The notes under the pieces: model-generated
The model's database searches: none
Seen by the model: the letters and a program-made list of their open reading frames with translations, nothing else
Told to the model about the DNA's origin: nothing
Origin: Candidatus Nanopelagicales bacterium
GTDB taxonomy: Bacteria; Actinomycetota; Actinomycetes; S36-B12
Assembly (NCBI GenBank): GCA_023253325.1
Contig: JALRGY010000001.1
Coordinates: 1,317-41,255, forward strand
DNA: 39,939 nucleotides
Direction: 5' to 3'
Translations under genes and position numbers: made by a program
Shown: piece after piece, positions 1 to 8,728 of the stretch
How positions within the stretch are numbered: position 1 is the first letter of the stretch
How the letters are laid out: each line of letters starts with the position of its first letter

Positions 1-531
1 TGCAAGTTCACTCAGTGTGGTTCCTTGAGTAGCGTGGTCAGCCAAGAGAGATCGAACGGCGTCAACAACCTCACGCCTTCCTCCGTACCCCACTGCAATA
101 TTCACCAACGAGCCGTCAATTTCCGCTGTCGCTTCGGCGGCCTCTTTGAGCAGGGTTGCCGTTCGCGAGGGCAGCAGATCTAAAGCGCCGACTGGGTGTA
201 GCCGCCAACGCCCTTGGCCCACCAAGTTTCCTACAGTGGTCTCAATGATGGTCATCAACTTATCGAGCTCAGGTTCGGGTCTCGAGAGATTATCGGTCGA
301 CAACAGCCACAAGGTGACAACCTCAACTCCTGCATCATCGCACCAGCCGAGGAAGTCAATTATCTTTGCGGCGCCGGCCTCATGCCCCTGGGCCGAGGTA
401 GACCCCTGAGCACTGGCCCATCGTCTATTTCCGTCAAGAATGACACCAACGTGGCGTGGAATGCGATCGAGCGGGATTTGAGTAGCCAACCTGCGCTCAT
501 AAGCGCCGTAAACCAGATCCTTTAAGCCCAC
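1..531 (-). CDS. uppS: cis-prenyltransferase (isoprenyl transferase, UppS/Rv1086-like), 3' end outside window
   Basis: Not in ORF track. Manual translation from GTG at 531: MGLKDLVYGAYERRLATQIPLDRIPRHVGVILDGNRRWA..., containing the cis-prenyltransferase motif PxHV(G)xIxDGNRRWA; frame open to window edge. Confidence 0.92.
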   Translation of the reverse strand, partial: MGLKDLVYGAYERRLATQIPLDRIPRHVGVILDGNRRWASAQGSTSAQGHEAGAAKIIDFLGWCDDAGVEVVTLWLLSTDNLSRPEPELDKLMTIIETTVGNLVGQGRWRLHPVGALDLLPSRTATLLKEAAEATAEIDGSLVNIAVGYGGRREVVDAVRSLLADHATQGTTLSELA

Positions 532-540
532 GTACAGAGA

Positions 541-1008
541 TTACTCTGTCAGGGAATCGAACGTGGGTAAACCACTCGGAGGAGTTAATCCGCTCCACTG
601 CAGGGGCGAGGAGAGCACCATCGTGCTCAGAGGCGGACTGTACCCGGCAAGCAGGTCGATGACCGCCTCAAAATGGGCAGTATTCATGGCTCGCACCTTG
701 ACGATGCAGCACTCACGGCCAACTACGCGATGGATCTCAAGGATCTCTGCGCGCTCCTGGGCACTTGGGTCGTTGAGAATGCACGACTCTCCGTAACAGG
801 CTAATCGGACAAATGCCATGACGGGCCAACCTGCTCGGTCCGCATCAAGATGAGCAGAGTAACCGGCGATAACACCTGACTCTTCTAATTTGCGGACTCG
901 AGATGAAACAGTCGGAGAGGTCGAATGAACCCTTTTGGCCAACTGGCTGTGTGAGAGGCGGGCATCTCGCTGAAGTTCTCCGAGAATGGCCCAATCAAGT
1001 TCGTCCAT
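541..1008 (-). CDS. Lrp/AsnC family transcriptional regulator
   Basis: N-terminal MDELDWAILGELQRDARLS...RVRKLEESGVIAGY AsnC HTH; C-terminal RAM-like domain. Confidence 0.93.
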   Translation of the reverse strand: MDELDWAILGELQRDARLSHSQLAKRVHSTSPTVSSRVRKLEESGVIAGYSAHLDADRAGWPVMAFVRLACYGESCILNDPSAQERAEILEIHRVVGRECCIVKVRAMNTAHFEAVIDLLAGYSPPLSTMVLSSPLQWSGLTPPSGLPTFDSLTE

Positions 1009-1051
1009 GCACCAACTATCTCACTAATTGAATTCGCACAGAAAAAATCAC

Positions 1052-1771
1052 TCACATAGTGGTGCGCAGTTCTTGATCTGCTCGTCGTGTCAATTCACTT
1101 CGCACCCGCCAAAGATCTGGGAAGGCTTGTTTGTCCCTGATCCCTCCAACAACTTCAACCGGAGTTCCCTGCGTCCCTTTCACCTCGAGTCCAATCGTTC
1201 TCTCGACCACCCGGAAATGCACTGCCCTCCAGGCCATGAGCAATTCGTCCACGTCGATCAAAGCCTCAGCAAGTTGAAAAAGTCCTTCATGATTTTCAAA
1301 GTTGATAAATAGTTCTTCCAAAGAAATTTCCTCGGACTTGAGCGCGTTGTCAAATTCGAATCCCAAACGAGGAATGACTCGACGAATGGCTCTGAAACCG
1401 GGTGAATCAAAACCGGAGCCGTGACCCAAAGCGAGGCGAACCTTTTGATACTCCCACGGAGTCAATTGCTCAAGGATGCCCAACTGTTGGGTGCAGTAGG
1501 TAATACACAAGTTAACGCGCTTGAGGAGTCGAGTGGCCGCAGCAAAATTTCGCTCCCTGATTTTCTCGAGGGAATACTCAATCTCTGACACCGCCAGTTT
1601 GAGCCATAACTCGGATGATTGATGGGTCACGGTAAATAACAGCTCATCCCGGTGAACCCACGAATCTGGCTCGGGCTGAAGAACCAATAGCTCTGGGGTT
1701 CTGATGTATCTCTCGTAGTCGCTATCGCCCTCGCCAACGAGAATCTGTTCTGCATTTCCAAATTCAGCCAC
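1052..1771 (-). CDS. kynA: tryptophan 2,3-dioxygenase family heme protein
   Basis: Motifs YERYI..ELL, DELLF.VTHQSSELWLK, GSGFDSPGF, WRAVH..VERTIG, FPDLWRVR. GTG at 1771 has GGGAGG SD upstream; ATG at 1789 is the alternative start. Confidence 0.85.
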   Translation of the reverse strand: MAEFGNAEQILVGEGDSDYERYIRTPELLVLQPEPDSWVHRDELLFTVTHQSSELWLKLAVSEIEYSLEKIRERNFAAATRLLKRVNLCITYCTQQLGILEQLTPWEYQKVRLALGHGSGFDSPGFRAIRRVIPRLGFEFDNALKSEEISLEELFINFENHEGLFQLAEALIDVDELLMAWRAVHFRVVERTIGLEVKGTQGTPVEVVGGIRDKQAFPDLWRVRSELTRRADQELRTTM

Positions 1772-1870
1772 AGTTACCCTCCCAATCATGTGGGCTCATC
1801 ATCACAGACAGTGGAACGGGTGAAAACGGTCAGACCGTATGTGCCACGAAACTGGTGACAAAAACGAAAA

Positions 1871-1892
1871 AATCTTTATAAATTTAAAGATT
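1871..1892. promoter_or_regulatory. AT-rich inverted repeat AATCTTTA-TAAATT-TAAAGATT (terminator of yyaL-like gene or Lrp operator)
   Basis: Perfect 8-bp arms, followed on the minus strand by TTTTCGTTTTT; lies upstream of the TDO gene. Confidence 0.4.
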
Positions 1893-3878
1893 CACTCGAG
1901 TTTTGAGGAATTTTGCTAAAACAACCGGGTCTTTGGTGGGCAGCTCACAGACGCTGAATTTGCACACCTGAGCGCCGCTGTCCGGTCCCTCTTCCCAGAG
2001 GATTTCCGGCGCCAACGGTGACCGAGCACCCACGCCTGCAAATTCTTGGGAGCTAGGACCCGAAATCACCAGTTCCCAAGGTCCTTGGGCTAGGGACCAC
2101 AATGCGACAAGCCCCCACCCCACCGCCCGAGGTGAGGACAGCGCGAATTTGGGCACTACTGAGAGCCCAGCCTCGGCCATAGATCGCATTTCACTTGCGT
2201 TCGGCCCGCCGAGCCCTGAGAGGCGAACGAGAGAATTCGCTAGTGCAAACCAGCCGGACGGCTCAGCGTTATCAGTGAACTCGCGGGGACGACGAATAAG
2301 TTTCTGGGCGTCATCCGCGGTGTCATAGAAGCCACCGCTGTCGTCGGCAAAGTGTGCGACCGCCGAGTACGCCAAGGTCCGCGCCAATTCAAGCCACTCG
2401 GATTCACCCGTTGCCTCGTAGAGAGAAATCAAACCTTCAGACATATTGGCGTAGTCGTCCAGAACACCGGCACTGGAACCAACCTTGCCATCGCGTGAAG
2501 TGCGTGCCAAATAGTCTGCACGCATATCGCTTCCCATGTGCACGCTGATGACTAGATCAGCAGCATTGCGGGCGGCCTCAATCCACTCTTCGTTTCTAAA
2601 GATCGCACCTGCATCAGCCAGAGCCGCAATGGTTAAGCCATTCCAGGCCGCTACTACTTTGTCATCGCGACCGGGATAAACACGATGCGCGCGTACGTTG
2701 AATAGTTTGGAACGCCAGGCGCTCCATTGCGTCCAATCAATCGGGTCATTGAGCAACTGCAGTGTTGACTTCCCATGCTCAAAAGTGCCCTGTTCGGTCA
2801 CTTGAAATAGTGCCGCAGCAGCTGTGCCCTCTGTTTTACCGAACACTTCAATCAGTTCAGCCGGCGTCCAGGCATAAAACTTTCCCTCCTCGCCATCGCT
2901 GTCCGCATCCAATGCCGCAGCAAAGGCCCCCTCCGGTGTGCGCATCTCACTGAGAAGGAAATTAATACTCTCGTGAACAATCCGTTCTGCCAGTTTGCTG
3001 CCCGTTAGGCGCCACCAGTGTGCGTAGACACGGATAAGTAATGCATTGTCATAAAGCATCTTTTCGAAATGGGGAACAACCCACTGGCCATCAACGCTAT
3101 ACCGAGCGAAGCCGCCACCAAGTTGGTCGTAGATGCCACCACGGGCCATAGCTTCAAGCGTGCGCGAGGCCATGTGCAATGCGTTGGTTCCCACGGATTC
3201 ATCAGTCGACATCCGAATGAGGAATTCGAGGATCATTGAGGGTGGAAATTTTGGTGCCCCTTCAAAACCACCATTAGTTGCGTCAAAGCTCTTGCTCAAA
3301 GTAGCGACAGCACCTCGAAGGAATTCTGTGAGCTTCGCTGAATCCATGGATGCAATATCGGAATAAGACATGGGTGGTCTGCGGGATTCCAATGCATCGA
3401 TAATCCGCGTACCTGCCGATTCGATACTTTCTTTGCTTTGTTTCCATGTCGTTGAGATTGATTCCAACACCTGAGGAAAACTAGGTAATCCGTGGTGTGG
3501 TTGCGGTGGGAAATAGGTTCCAGCGAAGAATGGTCGGCCTTCATGGTCCAGAAATACCGACATGGGCCACCCGCCGTGTCCAGTTAAAGCAACGGTTGCT
3601 TCCATGTAAATAGAGTCGATATCGGGTCGTTCTTCCCGATCAACCTTGATATTGACAAAATTGTCATTCATGAATCGTGCGATCTCAGAATCTTCAAATG
3701 ACTCATGTGCCATGACATGGCACCAATGGCATGCGGAGTATCCAATACTCAAAAATATGGGCACATTCCGCGTTCGCGCCTGGTCAAATGCCTCAGGGCA
3801 CCACTCCCACCAATCCACGGGATTTTCTGCATGCTGAAGCAGATACGGGCTGGTTGATTTTGATAACCGATTTGTCAC
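1884..3878 (-). CDS. thioredoxin-domain protein YyaL/SSP411 (DUF255 plus alpha/alpha toroid)
   Basis: [52 protein letters not shown] signature motifs. Confidence 0.95.
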   Translation of the reverse strand: MTNRLSKSTSPYLLQHAENPVDWWEWCPEAFDQARTRNVPIFLSIGYSACHWCHVMAHESFEDSEIARFMNDNFVNIKVDREERPDIDSIYMEATVALTGHGGWPMSVFLDHEGRPFFAGTYFPPQPHHGLPSFPQVLESISTTWKQSKESIESAGTRIIDALESRRPPMSYSDIASMDSAKLTEFLRGAVATLSKSFDATNGGFEGAPKFPPSMILEFLIRMSTDESVGTNALHMASRTLEAMARGGIYDQLGGGFARYSVDGQWVVPHFEKMLYDNALLIRVYAHWWRLTGSKLAERIVHESINFLLSEMRTPEGAFAAALDADSDGEEGKFYAWTPAELIEVFGKTEGTAAAALFQVTEQGTFEHGKSTLQLLNDPIDWTQWSAWRSKLFNVRAHRVYPGRDDKVVAAWNGLTIAALADAGAIFRNEEWIEAARNAADLVISVHMGSDMRADYLARTSRDGKVGSSAGVLDDYANMSEGLISLYEATGESEWLELARTLAYSAVAHFADDSGGFYDTADDAQKLIRRPREFTDNAEPSGWFALANSLVRLSGLGGPNASEMRSMAEAGLSVVPKFALSSPRAVGWGLVALWSLAQGPWELVISGPSSQEFAGVGARSPLAPEILWEEGPDSGAQVCKFSVCELPTKDPVVLAKFLKTRVNL

Positions 3879-3987
3879 GCCTTAATCATCACAGCACTGG
3901 GTTTGGCGCGCACTTCTGGTATACCTTGCGGTCGTCACAACTATGCTGAGAGAACTACCTGCATCTGAACGAGCACCCGGAGGAAAC

Positions 3988-4155
3988 ATGTTTGATGACG
4001 CCAAGAACATGATGGACAACGCGATCAGCCACAACGAGGCCCTCCCCCAAATCGAGAATCAAAAGGCAGGCGACTCTCGGCCCCACACGCTGAGAAACTG
4101 GCTCGTCGGCGTCGCTGTCGTAGCAATTGGCGTAGCGCTGCTCATAATTTTCTAG
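3988..4155 (+). CDS. small (55 aa) hypothetical protein with C-terminal transmembrane helix
   Basis: GGAGG SD before ATG 3988; TATGCT -10 at about 3942; hydrophobic tail WLVGVAVVAIGVALLIIF. Confidence 0.65.
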   Translation: MFDDAKNMMDNAISHNEALPQIENQKAGDSRPHTLRNWLVGVAVVAIGVALLIIF

Positions 4156-4166
4156 CTGGTCAGCGT

Positions 4167-5075
4167 CTAACCTTGAGTGAATCCCTTGCTGAGTTTTTCC
4201 ATTGCTCCGGTTAACTCACTCGGAATGACCCATACTTTGTTGGCATCTCCCTGGGCGATTCCAGGTAGAATTTCCAAATAGCGATGGGCAAGTGCCGCCG
4301 AGCTGGGGTTGGCATTGTGAATAGCGTTATACACCCTTTCGAGCGCCGCGGCTTCACCATCTGCCCGAATAACTTCAGCGCGGGCTTCAGCTTCAGCTCG
4401 AACAACTTCAGAGGCAGCGAAGCCTTCAGCCGTCAGGATTGCGCTCTGCTTTTCACCTTCAGCTGTCAAGATTGCGCTCTGCTTTTGGCCCTCTGCCGTA
4501 AGAATTGCAGCACGGCGCTCACGCTCTGCCTTGAGCTGCTTCTCCATCGATTCTTGGACCGAATGGGGTGGATCAATGGCCTTTAACTCAACCCGATTGA
4601 CCCTGATTCCCCAGCGACCCGTTGCTTCATCGAGGACCCCCCGCAATTGACCATTAATGGAGTCCCGTGAAGTAAGAGTCTCTTCCAAATCCATGGAGCC
4701 AATGACATTGCGCAAGGTGGTCACGGTTAACTGCTCAATACCAAGAATGAAACTGGAGATCTCATAAGTCGCCGACTTTGGGTCCGTCACTTGAAAATAG
4801 ACAACAGTGTCGATGGACACCACCAAGTTATCCTCGGTGATGACCGGCTGAGGAGGGAAGGAAGCTACCTGCTCCCGCATGTCGACTCGTTCACGTATCC
4901 GATCAACCAGTGGTATCAAAATGGACAAGCCTGGTGTGAGAGTGCGCTGATATCGCCCGAGGCGTTCAACGATCGCAGTGCTTGCTTGATTCACAATCAC
5001 CACGGTTCGTGAGATCAGAACAAAAACAATTGCTAGCCCGATTACTACTCCGATGATGAGCCCTATTGCGTCCAT
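4167..5075 (-). CDS. SPFH/band-7 (stomatin-like, QmcA/YbbK) membrane protein
   Basis: N-terminal TM, VERLGRY, QPVITEDN, WGIRVNRVELKAIDPP, AILTAEG repeats; AGGAG SD before ATG 5075. Confidence 0.95.
   Translation of the reverse strand: MDAIGLIIGVVIGLAIVFVLISRTVVIVNQASTAIVERLGRYQRTLTPGLSILIPLVDRIRERVDMREQVASFPPQPVITEDNLVVSIDTVVYFQVTDPKSATYEISSFILGIEQLTVTTLRNVIGSMDLEETLTSRDSINGQLRGVLDEATGRWGIRVNRVELKAIDPPHSVQESMEKQLKAERERRAAILTAEGQKQSAILTAEGEKQSAILTAEGFAASEVVRAEAEARAEVIRADGEAAALERVYNAIHNANPSSAALAHRYLEILPGIAQGDANKVWVIPSELTGAMEKLSKGFTQG
4422..4508 (-). repeat. 33-bp tandem coding repeat (AILTAEG-xKQS, about 2.6 copies)
   Basis: AILTAEGQKQSAILTAEGEKQSAILTAEG within the SPFH coiled coil. Confidence 0.8.
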
Positions 5076-5110
5076 GTACTTCTCCTTCTCAATTGCTGAT
5101 CGAGTATTTA

Positions 5111-5545
5111 CTAGTCGAGTGGGTAGACCAGTGCGGTTGCACCGTCTATTCGAGAAACACAAACGCGTGCACCTGCGGGAATTACTTCATCGCTCAAGTC
5201 TCGATCCAATCGAGAGCTCCACACTTCCCCGTTCAATCGGATGCGACCATCATCGCTATTGATTTCGGTCATGGTGAGGGCTTCCATGCCTTTGAGTGCG
5301 TCAACACCTGTTCTGGAGAGCATCGGCATGCGATGCATGTGCCGAGCAGCAACAGGTCGCACAAACAAAATTCCCGCGAGGGAAACGCCTGCGACTACGC
5401 CGCCTTGAACGAGTACCGGAGCGCCAACCGCGGCCGTGATTACTCCTGCAACGGCACCCACTGCGACTAAACCAAGATAGAAGGTTGCTGTAACTAACTC
5501 CAGGCCGAGAGCGACTGCGGCAACAACTACCCATGCCCACACCAT
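5111..5545 (-). CDS. nfeD: NfeD family protein
   Basis: Hydrophobic N-terminus, G.IRLNGEVWSSR OB-fold motif, V..IDGATALV; adjacent to SPFH gene; GGAGG SD before ATG 5545. Confidence 0.9.
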   Translation of the reverse strand: MVWAWVVVAAVALGLELVTATFYLGLVAVGAVAGVITAAVGAPVLVQGGVVAGVSLAGILFVRPVAARHMHRMPMLSRTGVDALKGMEALTMTEINSDDGRIRLNGEVWSSRLDRDLSDEVIPAGARVCVSRIDGATALVYPLD

Positions 5546-5685
5546 GTTGCTCACCTCCGCCTCACGAATACCTACGTTCACTCGGTTCAACATGTTCACC
5601 ATAACCCGTTAAACAGGTCTTGGCACACCATGCGGTCCTCGACAGTTGGTCGCGATCCCGTCGGCATTTGCCTCATAAATCGGCA

Positions 5686-5714
5686 TTGACAAACGCAAAT
5701 ACAGCGAATATGGT
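5686..5714 (+). promoter_or_regulatory. sigma70/SigA promoter TTGACA-17-TATGGT for the mod operon (predicted leaderless)
   Basis: TTGACA 5686-5691, 17-nt spacer, TATGGT 5709-5714, ATG 6 nt downstream. Confidence 0.8.
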
Positions 5715-5720
5715 CAACAA

Positions 5721-6107
5721 ATGACGTACTTGCGGGTTTCTACAGCCGCCGAGCTACTCGGAGTAAGCCAAGACACGGTACGCCGCTGGATCGATGCAGG
5801 ACGTTTACGGGCTCGCCACCCCAAGGGAGGTCGCACGGAGGTCCGTGGTGCCGATGTAGCCGCGGTACTGGGTGAAGGCCGAATCCAGGACCCCGACGCT
5901 CCACCGCAAAGTGCTCGAAATCGCTTCCCAGGGATCGTTACCCGCGTGGAGCGAGACGGTGTAATGGCACTTGTTGAAATCCAGGCGGGTTCGCATCGAG
6001 TCATCTCACTCATGTCACGGGAAGCCGCTGATGAATTGAAGCTTGAAGTCGGGGTTCCTGCGGCCGCCACCGTAAAAGCTACAAACGTCGTGATCGACAT
6101 TGTTTAG
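5721..6107 (+). CDS. excisionase-type HTH + TOBE molybdate-responsive regulator (ModE-like)
   Basis: AAELLGVSQDTVRRW HTH; SARNRFPGIV...VKATNV TOBE motif; heads modABC. Confidence 0.9.
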   Translation: MTYLRVSTAAELLGVSQDTVRRWIDAGRLRARHPKGGRTEVRGADVAAVLGEGRIQDPDAPPQSARNRFPGIVTRVERDGVMALVEIQAGSHRVISLMSREAADELKLEVGVPAAATVKATNVVIDIV

Positions 6108-6861
6108 CAAACGCACATTTCTCCCGCTGGGCATTGTGTCTTCACTCTCTGTGGTGATTGTGTCCGCGTGTTCAACAACTATTGATTCGGACCCAGCGAT
6201 AGGTACGTCCGTGACCATCTCTGCTGCAGCATCGCTAAACAGTGCATTTACCTCCCTGGCAGAACAATTTGAAGCAGAACACCCAGACATTGAAATCAAA
6301 GTAAACTTTGGCGGCAGTGGCGCGCTCGCGGAGCAAATCGCCGCAGGCGCCCCTGTTGATGCTTTCGCATCTGCCTCCACAGCCACAATGGATCAGATTT
6401 CAAATTTTGTCGAGTCACCGAAAACTTTTGCCCGCAATCAATTGATCGTGATAGCTCCCGCTGCAAATACGGGTCAGGTCAAGGACTACCAATCGATTCA
6501 AAAGGTCTCCACGGTGATGTGTGCCGAGAGCGCTCCATGCGGCGCGGCTGCACAAAAATTCCTGAGTGAAGCAGGCATGGCGGCAAACATCGTGTCCTTG
6601 GAACCAGATGTTAAATCTGTTGTCAAGAAAGTAATAACCGATGAAGCCGACGCAGGTGTTGTCTATGTAACCGATGCCAATGCTGCTGGGACTGCGGTCG
6701 TTGCATTCCCCATCCCCCCTGAAGTGAATGTCACGACCGACTATCAAATTGCATTGATCAAAGACTCCAGTGCCCAGAGCGATGCACAGGAATTTTTGGA
6801 CTTTCTTCTAGGCCCCACCGGTGTTGACGTCCTCCAATCTGAAGGATTCATGTCGCCATGA
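6100..6861 (+). CDS. modA: molybdate ABC transporter substrate-binding lipoprotein
   Basis: Lipobox VSAC, AAASL, NFGGSGAL, DAFASA, EADAGVVYVTD. Confidence 0.95.
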   Translation: MFSKRTFLPLGIVSSLSVVIVSACSTTIDSDPAIGTSVTISAAASLNSAFTSLAEQFEAEHPDIEIKVNFGGSGALAEQIAAGAPVDAFASASTATMDQISNFVESPKTFARNQLIVIAPAANTGQVKDYQSIQKVSTVMCAESAPCGAAAQKFLSEAGMAANIVSLEPDVKSVVKKVITDEADAGVVYVTDANAAGTAVVAFPIPPEVNVTTDYQIALIKDSSAQSDAQEFLDFLLGPTGVDVLQSEGFMSP

Positions 6862-7664
6862 AGGCTCGCAATCTGGCAATAGATCAATCTCCCAAACTCC
6901 TCATGGCACTGGGTTTTGTAGCCATTGCCTTCTTGGGCCTTCCGCTTCTCTCGCTCTTGGGTTCGGTCAATTGGCCTGATTTCCCTGAACTTCTGAGTGC
7001 TCCCGCATCACTTGAGGCAATTCGGCTTTCCATCGTCACATCACTATCTGCGACGGTCATCGCTATCTTCCTCGGCGTTCCACTCGCTCTGATCATGGCG
7101 CGTTCGCACATGCGAGGGCTTTCCTTTGTACGGGTTTTGGTTCTTATTCCTCTCGTGCTTCCTCCTGTAGTAGGGGGTGTCGCATTATTAATGGCATTCG
7201 GCCGACGAGGCATCATAGGTTCCTATCTCTATGACTGGCTTGGTGTTCAATTGCCGTTTACCACGACAGGCGTTGTCCTTGCACAAACATTTGTTGCGAT
7301 GCCGTTCCTAGTAATCACCGTGGAAAGTGCCTTGCGCTCACTTTCCAAGGATTATGAACATGCTGCGAGCACACTTGGAGCTTCTCGCATGCGCATATTC
7401 ATTCGGATTCAACTACCTCTCATCGCTCCTGCCTTAGCCGCAGGTGCGCTGCTGACCTGGGCCCGGGCCCTCGGGGAATTCGGGGCGACCCTGACTTTCG
7501 CTGGCAACTTTCCTGGAGTTACCCAGACACTGCCACTTGCCGTTTATTCGACACTCGACATAGATCGCGACCAGGCCATTTCGCTGAGTGTGGTCATGCT
7601 CCTAATTGCATTCGCTGCTCTTTTTGGAATGCGCGATAGATTCATAAAGTCAGGTCTGACATGA
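6858..7664 (+). CDS. modB: molybdate ABC transporter permease
   Basis: LPPVVGG, ARALGEFGATLTFAGNFPG motifs; ATGA overlap with modA. Confidence 0.95.
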   Translation: MKARNLAIDQSPKLLMALGFVAIAFLGLPLLSLLGSVNWPDFPELLSAPASLEAIRLSIVTSLSATVIAIFLGVPLALIMARSHMRGLSFVRVLVLIPLVLPPVVGGVALLMAFGRRGIIGSYLYDWLGVQLPFTTTGVVLAQTFVAMPFLVITVESALRSLSKDYEHAASTLGASRMRIFIRIQLPLIAPALAAGALLTWARALGEFGATLTFAGNFPGVTQTLPLAVYSTLDIDRDQAISLSVVMLLIAFAALFGMRDRFIKSGLT

Positions 7665-8728
7665 CGAACCAAGGCTTGAGTGCTGACTTCACCGTTGACC
7701 GAAATGAATTTCAACTGGACTGCAAATTATCGGTTGCTCCCGGTGAGGTGTTAGCGCTTGTCGGTCCAAATGGCGCGGGCAAGAGCACCGCACTTCAGTC
7801 GATTTCGGGGCTCATTTCAATCACCTCGGGCGAGATCAAAATCGGTGGACAGGTGCTTGACTCGCCGGCGGCGCATTGCTTCATCCCGGCTCACAGCCGC
7901 AATATTGGCGTTGTGTTTCAGAACTATGCACTCTTCCCACATCTCTCGGTTTCTGCGAACATTGCGTTTGGTCCCCGCAGCCGTGGGGCGTCGAAAGCCC
8001 AAACTCGCGAGAGCACAGATGCCGTTCTCGCCCAATTTGACCTGTTAGGCCTCGCCCGCAAGCGCCCCGCTGAGTTATCCGGTGGCCAAGCCCAGCGAGT
8101 GGCCCTTGCCCGAGCCCTGGCCACGAGTCCTGATGCATTGCTCTTGGACGAACCACTTTCCGCCCTCGATGCCGTCACTGCGGGCCATGTTCGCAGTGAA
8201 CTGGGTAAACATCTCAAAAAGTTTCAGGGTTCGACCATCATCGTGACCCACAATCCCCTTGATGCGTTGTTGCTCGCAGACAAAATCGCAATCTTGGAAA
8301 ACGGCCAGATAACACAGGTTGGCAGTCCTAGTGAAATAGCTCAATCGCCGAGAACCGATTACGCAGCAACCTTGATGGGAGTAACACTCATAAGAGGCAG
8401 AGCGACGAATGGAGTCATTGCAACGCCAAACGGAGAATCCATCTCCACGGACAATTCCCAACTTTCTGGGTCCGCAGCAGCGATCATTCGGCCAGATACG
8501 GTCTCTGTTCACTTGACCATGCCAGAGGGCAGCCCCCGCAACGTCTGGGATGGTGAGGTTAGTGACATTCAGCAAACTCTCGATCGAGTGCGGCTGGTCA
8601 TTCGGGGTCCAGTTACCCTCTCGGCGACGATAACGCCGGCGTCACTCAACTCAATGAACCTTCAGGTTGGGTCTCGAGTTTGGACGAGCGTTAAGGCTAT
8701 CGAGGTCGCGGGGGTGAGTCTGGACTAA
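7661..8728 (+). CDS. modC: molybdate ABC transporter ATP-binding protein with TOBE domain
   Basis: Walker A GPNGAGKS, LSGGQ, LLLDEP, SPRN TOBE; ATGA overlap with modB. Confidence 0.93.
   Translation: MTNQGLSADFTVDRNEFQLDCKLSVAPGEVLALVGPNGAGKSTALQSISGLISITSGEIKIGGQVLDSPAAHCFIPAHSRNIGVVFQNYALFPHLSVSANIAFGPRSRGASKAQTRESTDAVLAQFDLLGLARKRPAELSGGQAQRVALARALATSPDALLLDEPLSALDAVTAGHVRSELGKHLKKFQGSTIIVTHNPLDALLLADKIAILENGQITQVGSPSEIAQSPRTDYAATLMGVTLIRGRATNGVIATPNGESISTDNSQLSGSAAAIIRPDTVSVHLTMPEGSPRNVWDGEVSDIQQTLDRVRLVIRGPVTLSATITPASLNSMNLQVGSRVWTSVKAIEVAGVSLD

Noticed and set aside
146-525. Plus-strand ORFs 146-409 and 214-525
   Set aside because: Shadows of the minus-strand prenyltransferase, which carries clear motifs.
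4422-4508. 33-bp repeats as a CRISPR-like array
   Set aside because: In-frame, synonymously diverged coding repeats with no spacers.
5586-5598. Possible SOS box (AACATGTT palindrome)
   Set aside because: Does not fit the GAAC-N4-GTTC spacing.
5641-5720. Moco riboswitch upstream of the mod operon
   Set aside because: The promoter places the TSS at the start codon, so there is no leader, and no structured element is visible.
5721-5880. Excisionase-like HTH suggesting a prophage or ICE
   Set aside because: Fused to TOBE and heads modABC; no integrase or att sites nearby.
5714-6100. 128-aa antisense ORF mirroring the ModE-like gene
   Set aside because: Antisense shadow with no motif; the sense gene has promoter and domain support.
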